From: Candidatus Thorarchaeota archaeon | Lineage (GTDB): Archaea; Asgardarchaeota; Thorarchaeia; Thorarchaeales; Thorarchaeaceae | Assembly (NCBI GenBank): GCA_048884785.1 | Contig: JBHLQM010000067.1 | Coordinates: 1 to 17,363 of the forward strand | Length of the DNA stretch: 17,363 nt | Direction: 5' to 3' | In this document: positions 1 to 8,176 of the stretch, in pieces | How positions within the stretch are numbered: the stretch's first letter is position 1 | Layout: each line of letters starts with the position of its first letter | Translations under genes and position numbers: made by a program | Notes under the pieces: model-generated | Database searches by the model: none | Seen by the model: only the letters and a program-made list of their open reading frames with translations | Told to the model about the DNA's origin: nothing

Positions 1-28
1 TCATGAACATTCACTGAAAGACCTAGAT

Positions 29-1027
29 TCATTTCCTGTCCCTCCTTGCCATGATTTCATTGAATATGTCTATCATGGCTCCTCTCCAATCTCCTGAGAA
101 TGGTGGTCCCAGAACAACTTCAGTGATTCCAGAGCCAACTATCTGCTCAAACATGTCCACCATATGATTGAGACTACCGCTTATAGCAAATGTATCAATC
201 ATCTCCGTGTCCACATAAGGTATACCTGCATCTGGACCATTCTTTGCAACTGCCTTTTTCAATAGCGCAATCATCTCTTGATTTACACTTAGCATATCAA
301 GTACTTGCTGAGGCATATCGGCAACCACAATGGCTACCACTTTCTTGGCGAGTTTCTCTTTTCCTCCCTTAAAGGTCGGTATGGTGGGGAGCCATGCAAC
401 TTTCTCAATGTCTTGTCGTTTACGTCCAACACTCTCTGCTGCTTGATCGATCTCTTTGACTGCATATCGTAGATAGTCAGGTGGTCCGGAGAGAATCACT
501 CCATCTGCAGCCTCTCCAGATAACCTCAGCATCTGAGGTCCCCTAACCCCAAGGAAGATTGGAATAATGATTTTTTCTGGAATACGCAATTGATACCGAT
601 TCAGTTGAAACAGTTCGTTACTGGCAGTTACCTCTTCTCCTGCCCATAAAGACCTTAGGACGTCAATTGTCTGTCGAAGCGTAGTAACGGGTCTTTTCAG
701 ATTTATACCGAGCTTCTTAAGATCCTGAAGACCCCCAACACCAGTTCCAAGTATAAAACGTCCTTTGGCAATCTCTTGAAGACTCAATGCAGCCCGTGCA
801 AGTGTTGCAATATTGTGGACACTCATCGGCACGATTCCCGTTGCCACTCGTACATTTGATGAATTCAGCAGTGTGGATGCAGCAAGTACAAAGACTTCTT
901 GACCTATACCAATATCCTCTCCTATCCAAATGCTATTGACACCTAGGTCATCAGCATGCTGGGCTATCCATGAGGTCGCTGAATGTTTCATGTTTGTAGT
1001 AATCCCAACGCTCGCCTTGTACGTCAT
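29..1027 (-). CDS. LLM-class (luciferase-like) flavin/F420-dependent oxidoreductase, Mer (methylene-H4MPT reductase)-like
   Basis: 332-aa ORF with LLM-family motifs: ADDLGVNSIWIGED, VRVATGIVP, LQEIAKGRFILGTGVG, PIFLGVRGPQMLRLSGEAADGVIL. The C-terminal GITEVVLGPP resembles Mer. Substrate not assignable. Confidence 0.8.
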   Translation of the reverse strand: MTYKASVGITTNMKHSATSWIAQHADDLGVNSIWIGEDIGIGQEVFVLAASTLLNSSNVRVATGIVPMSVHNIATLARAALSLQEIAKGRFILGTGVGGLQDLKKLGINLKRPVTTLRQTIDVLRSLWAGEEVTASNELFQLNRYQLRIPEKIIIPIFLGVRGPQMLRLSGEAADGVILSGPPDYLRYAVKEIDQAAESVGRKRQDIEKVAWLPTIPTFKGGKEKLAKKVVAIVVADMPQQVLDMLSVNQEMIALLKKAVAKNGPDAGIPYVDTEMIDTFAISGSLNHMVDMFEQIVGSGITEVVLGPPFSGDWRGAMIDIFNEIMARRDRK

Positions 1028-1137
1028 CTTATTCTTGGTAGGATAAATCCTTCAGACTAAAGAATGATTTCAAATGGCTAAAAACTCCCAAGGATTAGAT
1101 ATTTCAACTTCAATTGCAATACAATTAATGAGGAACA

Positions 1138-1689
1138 TTGAAACGTATTCTTTGGGGCATAACTGGATCTGGTGACAGGATCAATGAGGTCCTGCAAATC
1201 ATGATGAGTTTCCAAGAGCGACAAGATTCCAAAGTCTATGTCATAGTATCAAAGGCCGCAGAACAGATGTTAAGAAGATACAATCTCTGGGATGAATTGA
1301 ATGCAAAGTTTAAGAAAGTGGAAAAAGAGATCAATTCAAACGTGCCCTTTGTAGCGGGGGCCCTTCAAATTGGGCACTATGATGCATTTGTGGTCGCACC
1401 ACTAACAGCCAATTCGACAGCAAAAATAGCTCATGGTATTGCTGATACGCTTGTCACCAATGCAGTTGCCCAGACCTTGAAAGGGTCAACACCAGTCATT
1501 GTATTTCCAGTCGATCAGAACCCTGGTGAGGTCGAAACTCTTGCCCCAGATGGCGTGAAATATAGAATTCGAACTAGGAAAGTTGACCTTAACAACGCTC
1601 AGATTCTTCGGGAGATGGAGGGACTCCATGTTGTATCTTCTCCAGAAGATATTCCTAGGGTGATTTCTGACTTGCTTGACCTTGAGTAG
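1138..1689 (+). CDS. afpA: Archaeoflavoprotein AfpA-like FMN-binding flavoprotein (HFCD superfamily)
   Basis: RILWGITGSG N-terminus, APLTANSTAKIAHGIADTLVTNAVAQ and FPVDQ motifs. No ferredoxin-type Cys cluster. TTG start with GAGG upstream. Confidence 0.8.
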   Translation: MKRILWGITGSGDRINEVLQIMMSFQERQDSKVYVIVSKAAEQMLRRYNLWDELNAKFKKVEKEINSNVPFVAGALQIGHYDAFVVAPLTANSTAKIAHGIADTLVTNAVAQTLKGSTPVIVFPVDQNPGEVETLAPDGVKYRIRTRKVDLNNAQILREMEGLHVVSSPEDIPRVISDLLDLE

Positions 1690-1703
1690 GCTGGCCTGCA
1701 ACC

Positions 1704-2381
1704 ATGTCAGTAGATCCCGAAAGAAGCATCATGAGAGCTGTCAGGCAAGCCATCATTAGATGGCATCGTTCATCTGGAAGGGAATATCCTTGGAGAGCAA
1801 CATCGAATCCCTTCCATATTCTTGTTGCTGAAGTGTTTTTGCGTAGAACAACTGCTGCCGCAGTCATGCGTGCCTATCCTGATTTTCTTGAAAGATTTCC
1901 TGATGCCCATACATTATCCGAGGCAAGTATCAGTGAAATTCGTAAGTATGTTGAAGCACTAGGACTGCAAGCTCAGCGGTCTAAGCATCTTCACGAGTTG
2001 GCAACGAAAATTGTGAACGACTTTGACGGAGTTGTTCCAACTAACAAGGAGAGCCTACTAGCGCTCCCTGGGATAGGTAGATATTTAGCTGCAGCAATTC
2101 GAAACTTTGCTTTTGGTCAACCTGAGCATATGGTCGATGGGAATATTGTCCACCTAATCAACAGACTCTTCGGACTCCAGTTATCTGGAGCTGAAGACAT
2201 GCAAGCTTGGCAATTTGTCAGAGTCCTTGGTGGCCAGCAGCAAGACAAGCAGTTCTACTGGGGTATGATTGATCTTGTCGCTCTCAGATGTCTAAGAAAA
2301 AATCCACGGTGTACACAGTGTCCAGTACATCGTTATTGCTCATTCTTTAAAGGCAGAACCAGAATTGATAATTCTCAATAG
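1704..2381 (+). CDS. HhH-GPD DNA glycosylase with [4Fe-4S] cluster, Mig (T/G mismatch)/MutY-like
   Basis: GREYPWR...NPFHILVAEVFLRRT, HhH LLALPGIGRY, VDGN catalytic Asp, and C-terminal CX6CX2CX5C (CLRKNPRCTQCPVHRYC). No MutY C-terminal NUDIX-like domain. Confidence 0.85.
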   Translation: MSVDPERSIMRAVRQAIIRWHRSSGREYPWRATSNPFHILVAEVFLRRTTAAAVMRAYPDFLERFPDAHTLSEASISEIRKYVEALGLQAQRSKHLHELATKIVNDFDGVVPTNKESLLALPGIGRYLAAAIRNFAFGQPEHMVDGNIVHLINRLFGLQLSGAEDMQAWQFVRVLGGQQQDKQFYWGMIDLVALRCLRKNPRCTQCPVHRYCSFFKGRTRIDNSQ

Positions 2382-2455
2382 AGCCGTCTGGTCGAGTTTG
2401 AGAGCAAGACGAGAGTTCGAGAAACCATTGAACCCTATTCTTTCCTAGTCTTAGC

Positions 2456-2830
2456 TTAGTCCAAATCAGGTATGTTGATGTCCACAGAAAACTCGGTGCC
2501 ACACGGACACTTCGCATTTATTGGGTATTTTTCTGGTGTGTCAATCGTAATTGACGCTCCCTGCATGGCAGCCTTGTCAATCATTGTCTGCATGTTATGA
2601 ACCATATACTTGGCAAAGCCAGTCACAACATCAGGTATTGATATGTCATTAATCCAATAGACATAATGGCTGCAATCAGGATTTGGGCACGATGCAAGTA
2701 GAACCCTTGTGCCATCCCCGCACGAATTACAGGTCAAATCAGTGTGATGATAGTCAGGAGCATTTGGCGCAGGAAGTTCAAGCCTGTTTTCTGCACCGCA
2801 CCGATAACAGAAATATGTGAAATCAACCAT
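2456..2830 (-). CDS. Cys-rich putative double zinc-ribbon protein (124 aa; ORF track extends it to 2905)
   Basis: Four Cys pairs: CYRC, CNSC, CPNPDC, CPC. The ATG at 2830 directly precedes the first knuckle and is my preferred start. Confidence 0.7.
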   Translation of the reverse strand: MVDFTYFCYRCGAENRLELPAPNAPDYHHTDLTCNSCGDGTRVLLASCPNPDCSHYVYWINDISIPDVVTGFAKYMVHNMQTMIDKAAMQGASITIDTPEKYPINAKCPCGTEFSVDINIPDLD

Positions 2831-2992
2831 GCTTCTTTCATCCTTATGTTCATCTGGCAGGTAATGATTCTGCAGACATTGCTCCCAAATAACCTTACCC
2901 TCCATTGAAAAGGGTGTCTAGTACTGCGGACTCTGAGTTTCTAAGGTGCTAATAAGGCACCATACTGAGATTCTCTTGGGTATGATAGAATA

Positions 2993-3184
2993 ATGCAGGT
3001 CCAATCTTCCAGAATCAATCTCGTATCACTCCTGCTAGTCTTCCTATCAGAGAACTATGAGAATAGGGTAGGATCATGCAGTTCGTGCGAAACGAGCACT
3101 CCCCAGTTTGGCAAAGTATTCTTGATTTGCCACAAATGGATATGTGTCGATTGTGTTATTAGACGTATCAATGGATTGGAATGA
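2993..3184 (+). CDS. Possible small or degenerate zinc-finger protein
   Basis: Lies in an otherwise empty ~400-bp intergenic gap. Contains CSSC...ICHKWICVDC. The N-terminal half is unconvincing. Confidence 0.25.
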   Translation: MQVQSSRINLVSLLLVFLSENYENRVGSCSSCETSTPQFGKVFLICHKWICVDCVIRRINGLE

Positions 3185-3236
3185 ATCATTCAGATACAAA
3201 GCCCAACAGTGAAAAGCAGGTTATGCACATCACTTT

Positions 3237-4013
3237 TTGGTGATTACTCTGAAACGGAGAATTCAGCCTCATATTAGAGTTGGAGAAGGCGACGTTCATG
3301 AGATTGTTCTCATTGCAGGAAATCCCGATCGGGTGCCCATAATTGCATCGAAAATGAAAGATGGGGAAGAGGTTGCAAGATATCGAGGGTTTCTTACATA
3401 TCGGGCCTATACTCCTGGTGGGATACCAGTTACCATCTCTGGAACCGGTATAGGAACTCCGTCGACTCACATCTGCATCGAAGAGTTTGCAAATCTTGAT
3501 GCTAAGGTATTCATTCGTATTGGCACCTGCGGCGGAATCGACCCATCATTAAAGACTGGGGACGTTGTTGTTCCAACAGGTTGTGTGAGAGATGAACGAA
3601 CCAGTTTGAATTATGCTCCAATGGAATACCCTGCAGTTGTATCTCCAATCTGGTATAATGCCATCTATGAAGAGATACAGAAACTCCTTCCTCCAAATCG
3701 TGTACATACTGGGATTTGTTGGACTAGTGATGTCTACTACGTACCGGAAGAAAAGAGCCAACTGGATATCTGGACACGTGCCAAGGTGAAATGTGTAGAG
3801 ATGGAGAGCTCATTACTCTTCATCTTTGCCCAAACGAAGGGATTACATGCTGCTACAATTGTAGCATGCGACGGTAATCTGCACACTGGGCAAAAAGCTG
3901 AACAGACAGATGAGTCCGAGAAGAGCGGTGAGCAAGACCCCTTGCTTGTTGAAGCTGTAGAGAAAGAAATCGAGGCAACTGTAAAAGCTATTGACAGAAT
4001 ATACAACAAATAG
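3237..4013 (+). CDS. Nucleoside phosphorylase (PNP/UDP-1 family, uridine phosphorylase-like)
   Basis: QPHI, GNPDRV, GTGIGTPSTHICIEE, IRIGTCGG, SDVYY and VEMESS motifs. Confidence 0.9.
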   Translation: MVITLKRRIQPHIRVGEGDVHEIVLIAGNPDRVPIIASKMKDGEEVARYRGFLTYRAYTPGGIPVTISGTGIGTPSTHICIEEFANLDAKVFIRIGTCGGIDPSLKTGDVVVPTGCVRDERTSLNYAPMEYPAVVSPIWYNAIYEEIQKLLPPNRVHTGICWTSDVYYVPEEKSQLDIWTRAKVKCVEMESSLLFIFAQTKGLHAATIVACDGNLHTGQKAEQTDESEKSGEQDPLLVEAVEKEIEATVKAIDRIYNK

Positions 4014-4187
4014 GGTCAATCCCAAACGAGTCAGCTACCAAGAATCGAAGACATAGTTCGTATCCTTGGAGTATTCCAGGAATGAGAAGTGATAAGGTCC
4101 TAAATTAATGGTCCTTTAACATTAAACATATATCTAGTCCTGAGATGGCCGAATAGTGGTACTCACTTTGCAGCTGGAGTATGGAGG

Positions 4188-5420
4188 ATGCATTCTGCGT
4201 TGGATTACGACATAGTTGTAGTCGGAGCCGGTCCCGCTGGATCGATAGCTGCATATGAAACGGCAAGAGCAGGTCATAATACGCTCCTTCTAGAGAAATT
4301 CAATCTGCCACGAGAGAAGCCTTGTGGCGGTGCAGTCATGTATCGAGGACTGCAAATAATACATGGTGAAATACCATTCAATCTTATAGAGCGACCAATC
4401 TACGGGATGCGTTTCGTGCTCCCTTCAGGAGATGAGCCAGAGTTTGTTTCTGAGAAACTTATCGGGATAACTGTTTGTCGAAGCAAGTTTGACGAATATC
4501 TGGCAAGACGAGCTGAAGCTGCTGGCGCAGAACTGCTTGAAGGGGCTCGTGTTGTGGATGTATCTACGAGTGCAGATTATGCAAGAGTGAAAACACAAGA
4601 TGACCAGGAGTTTACATCAAAGATTATTGTTGGGGCGGACGGTGTGAACTCAGTTGTGAGCCGTGCTTTGGGTCTGCGTCCCGAAAGAAAGGATCCGTAC
4701 AAAGTAGGACTTGGAATGGAATCGGATTTCTACGTTGGTGCTGATGGTGTCATGAAAGCCATGAATGGCAATCCGGGTATTCTTGAGATCATTCCTGTGG
4801 ATGGCCGAGTCAGCTATGGATGGGTGTTTCCAAAGCGAGAGCACCTTGCGATTGGCATTGCTGGTTCCAGTGTGCATATGCATCCCCTAAGACCGCAATT
4901 CGAGTCTTTTCTGAAGCAAATGGAAACGCGTCTAGGTCTCTCCCTGAAACCTGAAAGAAGACGAACCTACTTCCTAGGGGGCGACGGACTGGGGAGTCAG
5001 AACGTTGTGAGTCGTGCACTTCTGATTGGTGACGCAGCGGGTTTTGTAGATCCTCTGATGGGTGAGGGAATAGCGTATGCCATGAGGTCAGGACAATTTG
5101 CAGCTCATGTTATTGACCGATGTCTGAAAGAGAATCGGTTTGATGAGAAGATACTAATGAATTATCAAAGACTCTGCAATGATGAATTTGCATCAAACTT
5201 TGCATTGGCTGCATGGGCAGGTATCAAAGGCACATCATTAGCAGCATCAATGCTACCGCGGGTCAGTGGTCACAAATTGGCCTCTGATATTATGGCTGGT
5301 TTGGCCCGAGGTGAGCTAGGGTACTCTGACATTCCTGCTACTATTTTCAGAAAGCTACCGCGTGAACTGCCCAACATAATACGCCGAGTGGTCCAAGCTC
5401 GGATGATTAATGGCTCCTGA
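4188..5420 (+). CDS. Geranylgeranyl reductase family FAD-dependent oxidoreductase
   Basis: YDIVVVGAGPAGS, REKPCGG, GADG, YGWVFPK and LLIGDAAGFVDPLMGEGIAYA motifs. Confidence 0.9.
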   Translation: MHSALDYDIVVVGAGPAGSIAAYETARAGHNTLLLEKFNLPREKPCGGAVMYRGLQIIHGEIPFNLIERPIYGMRFVLPSGDEPEFVSEKLIGITVCRSKFDEYLARRAEAAGAELLEGARVVDVSTSADYARVKTQDDQEFTSKIIVGADGVNSVVSRALGLRPERKDPYKVGLGMESDFYVGADGVMKAMNGNPGILEIIPVDGRVSYGWVFPKREHLAIGIAGSSVHMHPLRPQFESFLKQMETRLGLSLKPERRRTYFLGGDGLGSQNVVSRALLIGDAAGFVDPLMGEGIAYAMRSGQFAAHVIDRCLKENRFDEKILMNYQRLCNDEFASNFALAAWAGIKGTSLAASMLPRVSGHKLASDIMAGLARGELGYSDIPATIFRKLPRELPNIIRRVVQARMINGS

Positions 5421-5464
5421 AAAGGTTCATAGGGCGCTAGAAGTAAACGAAGTGTTGTGAAACC

Positions 5465-6463
5465 ATGAGAGCCGCATTTCTCACCCTACTAATCATACTA
5501 CTATCACCGATTCCTATGATTCCCTCGCAGACTCCATATTCTCCTATGTTTGATGGTGAGAATGCATTCAGCTATCTCACAGCACAGTGTGAATTCGGAC
5601 CCAGACCGCCAGGATCAGAGAATATCTCGTTGGTTCGGGGATATATATCTGACATTCTCAGCGCTCAAGGATGGGTTGTGTTTCTACAGAACTTTACCTA
5701 CCAAGAAGTCGAATGTGCCAATATTGTTGCTGTATGGCCCGAGCGAAACACATCCACATTAATCCTAGGTGCCCACTATGACACTCGCCCTAGGGCAGAT
5801 CAGGAGTCTGACCCTACCAATAGGATGATGCCAGTACTTGGTGCAAATGATGCTGCCAGTGGGGTTGCAGTGCTACTTGAGCTCGCTCGTATTCTGCCAG
5901 AAGAGTCTCGCCCATTCATTGAGATTGTACTGTTTGATGCAGAGGACTCTGGAAATATCAATGGATGGAACTGGATTGTTGGCTCCACATACTATGTCGA
6001 CCAAATGTCATCTTCGAAACGAGAGGATGTAACAGGTATGATTCTTCTCGATATGGTTGGAGACATCAACCTACGAATTCCTAGAGAAGGATATTCCACA
6101 CGCAGTCTACAGGATGCTATTTGGATAATTGCATCAGAACTTGGTCACGATGACATCTTCTTGGATACTCCGGGAGCCTCTATTCTCGATGACCATAGAC
6201 CATTCCTCTTGGCTGGCATCCCAGCAGTAGATCTTATCCACACGCCCTTTCCTTGGACTTGGCATACTCTATCTGACACTCCTGAGCAATGTAGTTCAGA
6301 TAGCCTTCAAGCTGTAGGAAGAGTGGTGGAGGCTTTCATAGTGGAAACGACAGGTGTTGAAACAACTTTCACAACAGAACCTCCCCCAGACTATATTCCC
6401 ATAATACTCATAGTTGTTCCAATTCTTCTATTGGTTCTGGTGGTATTCCTCAAACGAAAATAG
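5465..6463 (+). CDS. Secreted, C-terminally membrane-anchored M28-family Zn enzyme (glutaminyl-cyclase-like)
   Basis: N-terminal hydrophobic signal. GAHYDTRP, GANDAASG, FDAEDSG, LLDMVG, DDHRPF and WHTLSD motifs. C-terminal TM helix followed by KRK. Confidence 0.85.
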   Translation: MRAAFLTLLIILLSPIPMIPSQTPYSPMFDGENAFSYLTAQCEFGPRPPGSENISLVRGYISDILSAQGWVVFLQNFTYQEVECANIVAVWPERNTSTLILGAHYDTRPRADQESDPTNRMMPVLGANDAASGVAVLLELARILPEESRPFIEIVLFDAEDSGNINGWNWIVGSTYYVDQMSSSKREDVTGMILLDMVGDINLRIPREGYSTRSLQDAIWIIASELGHDDIFLDTPGASILDDHRPFLLAGIPAVDLIHTPFPWTWHTLSDTPEQCSSDSLQAVGRVVEAFIVETTGVETTFTTEPPPDYIPIILIVVPILLLVLVVFLKRK

Positions 6464-6522
6464 ATGTTACACACTTTTTAACCTGCAAACGCATATTCAA
6501 TGTGAAGCTACGGTGATATGTC

Positions 6523-7413
6523 TTGGAAAAGAATGTGATATACCGACCAACTGGCAGACATCCTCCGCCCCTCACAAATGTGGCAGTTAGTCCAAACGGA
6601 AATCGAATCGCATGTGGAACAGCAGATGCGAACATCCTTATCATCAACTCCAAGACTGGAAAACCGATTAGAGCGCTGACCGGACATGAATCAATTATTT
6701 CTGCATTGATGTTTATCCAAGGCGGAAGTCATATACTCTCCTCAAGTTGGGACACTACTGCACGCACATGGAGTAGTACGAAAGGAATCCAAGGCGAAAA
6801 CACACTCAGCCATACAGCAGAGATCAAGGCACTTGCTGTTCATACTGAAACAAGTAGAGGTGCTGCGGGGACCCGAGATGGGCTTGTGAAAGTGTTTTCG
6901 CTTGATAGTCTAAAATGCATACGAAATCTATTAGCTCATCAAAAGGATGTTTCAAATTTAACATTCACGACTGATGGATCTCAGCTCGTTACGGCATCTT
7001 GGGATGGCTGGGTGAAACTCTGGGACATGAGCAGCTACGAGATTTTGAAGAATGTTATGAGACAAAAAGAGCGCATTAGATCAATGGTCCTGTCCCCAGA
7101 CAATGCACGAGTCTATCTTGGGCTTCACAATGGTGTCATCAGAACGGTATCGCTGAGTAATGCACGAGATAAGAGCGACCTTCATGGCCACAAGGATATA
7201 GTGAGTGCTTTAGCGATAGATCCCTCAGGAATGTATCTTGCCTCCGGCAGCTGGGACCGAACTCTAAGAATCTGGAATCTCGATGATGGAAAAGAGATTA
7301 TCATGCAGAAACTTGGTACTGGTGTTTCCGATCTTGCCTGGAATCCGAAACAGAGATACATATACTCTACAGATTTTTCTGGATCACTCATCGAATGGAG
7401 CATGAGCAACTAG
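6523..7413 (+). CDS. Stand-alone WD40 repeat protein (~7-bladed beta-propeller)
   Basis: Repeats such as GHESIISAL...SSSWDTTARTW, AHQKDVSNL...TASWDGWVKLWD and GHKDIVSAL...SGSWDRTLRIWN. GGTGA RBS at 6512-6516 precedes the TTG start. Confidence 0.92.
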   Translation: MEKNVIYRPTGRHPPPLTNVAVSPNGNRIACGTADANILIINSKTGKPIRALTGHESIISALMFIQGGSHILSSSWDTTARTWSSTKGIQGENTLSHTAEIKALAVHTETSRGAAGTRDGLVKVFSLDSLKCIRNLLAHQKDVSNLTFTTDGSQLVTASWDGWVKLWDMSSYEILKNVMRQKERIRSMVLSPDNARVYLGLHNGVIRTVSLSNARDKSDLHGHKDIVSALAIDPSGMYLASGSWDRTLRIWNLDDGKEIIMQKLGTGVSDLAWNPKQRYIYSTDFSGSLIEWSMSN

Positions 7414-8123
7414 CTTTTCAAAAGCCGAACATCAATATTGAGAAAGCCTTCTAGATTCCACTTCAGTCGCACTCTAGTGTACTTCTGTTTATTATCTACA
7501 ATCTGTTGCAGAACATCGGCATCCTTATTCCTGCTTCTTTTGTCGAAGGGTATTGACAACTCATTTCCTTGTGCTGTTAGAAGACTAATGCCTCTGTCAT
7601 CAATATCAACAAACATCCCTGAAACTATCATTGTGCCATATTTGAAGTATGGAGGTTTTTCTCGCATACTAACAATGATATTTGCCAGCTTTCTATACCT
7701 CGCCACCTCAGCAAAAGCAGTCCTAATCAAATCATCAACATACTGTGTGGCGAATCGAGTCGCAAACTCCTCCCGCATCTCCTCTGGGTTCATCTTCAGG
7801 TTTCCAGCTTCCTCTTTCGCCTCAGTGGTAGTCCTGGCAAACTTAGTCACAATAGCAAAGTTAAATCTGCGCCCAAAATCAAGAGCCTGCCTAGATTCTC
7901 CACTCTGAGTCACAAAAACGAACTTACTTACAATATCATCGAGAAGCAATTCAGAAGCTCTCTTTCTGCTCGTTAAGTGATTCTTGACAATTGTTTTCAG
8001 TGCAAAATTTGTCGCTTCAAAATACCTCCGAAGCTCCTGTGTCATGATATCCTGCTTCTCTCTGGTCAGTGTTACGCTTGCAAGCTTCAGGATGTCAACA
8101 GATGCCTCAGGCATTTTCTTCAC
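7410..8123 (-). CDS. Hypothetical protein resembling the N-terminal WED/REC lobe of TnpB/Cas12f, lacking RuvC
   Basis: Uninterrupted 237-aa ORF (alternative ATG at 8114). Segment order and residue pattern match my recollection of IS200/IS605 TnpB N-termini. No G[IV]D[LR]G RuvC-I motif and no CxxC zinc finger. The ORF is secure; the family call is by eye. Confidence 0.6.
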   Translation of the reverse strand: MKKMPEASVDILKLASVTLTREKQDIMTQELRRYFEATNFALKTIVKNHLTSRKRASELLLDDIVSKFVFVTQSGESRQALDFGRRFNFAIVTKFARTTTEAKEEAGNLKMNPEEMREEFATRFATQYVDDLIRTAFAEVARYRKLANIIVSMREKPPYFKYGTMIVSGMFVDIDDRGISLLTAQGNELSIPFDKRSRNKDADVLQQIVDNKQKYTRVRLKWNLEGFLNIDVRLLKS

Positions 8124-8176
8124 AGATGTTCAAAGAGACCTGAACACTTAATCAATCTAATCGTTTCAAGAACTAC

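Noticed and set aside
4105-4125. Inverted repeat TTAATG-N9-CATTAA upstream of the GGR gene
   Set aside because: Six-bp AT-rich arms can arise by chance, and there is no second instance with the same spacing.
7410-8123. Active IS200/IS605 element
   Set aside because: No RuvC or Zn finger, no TnpA, no evident terminal hairpins, and the gene is tightly packed between host genes.
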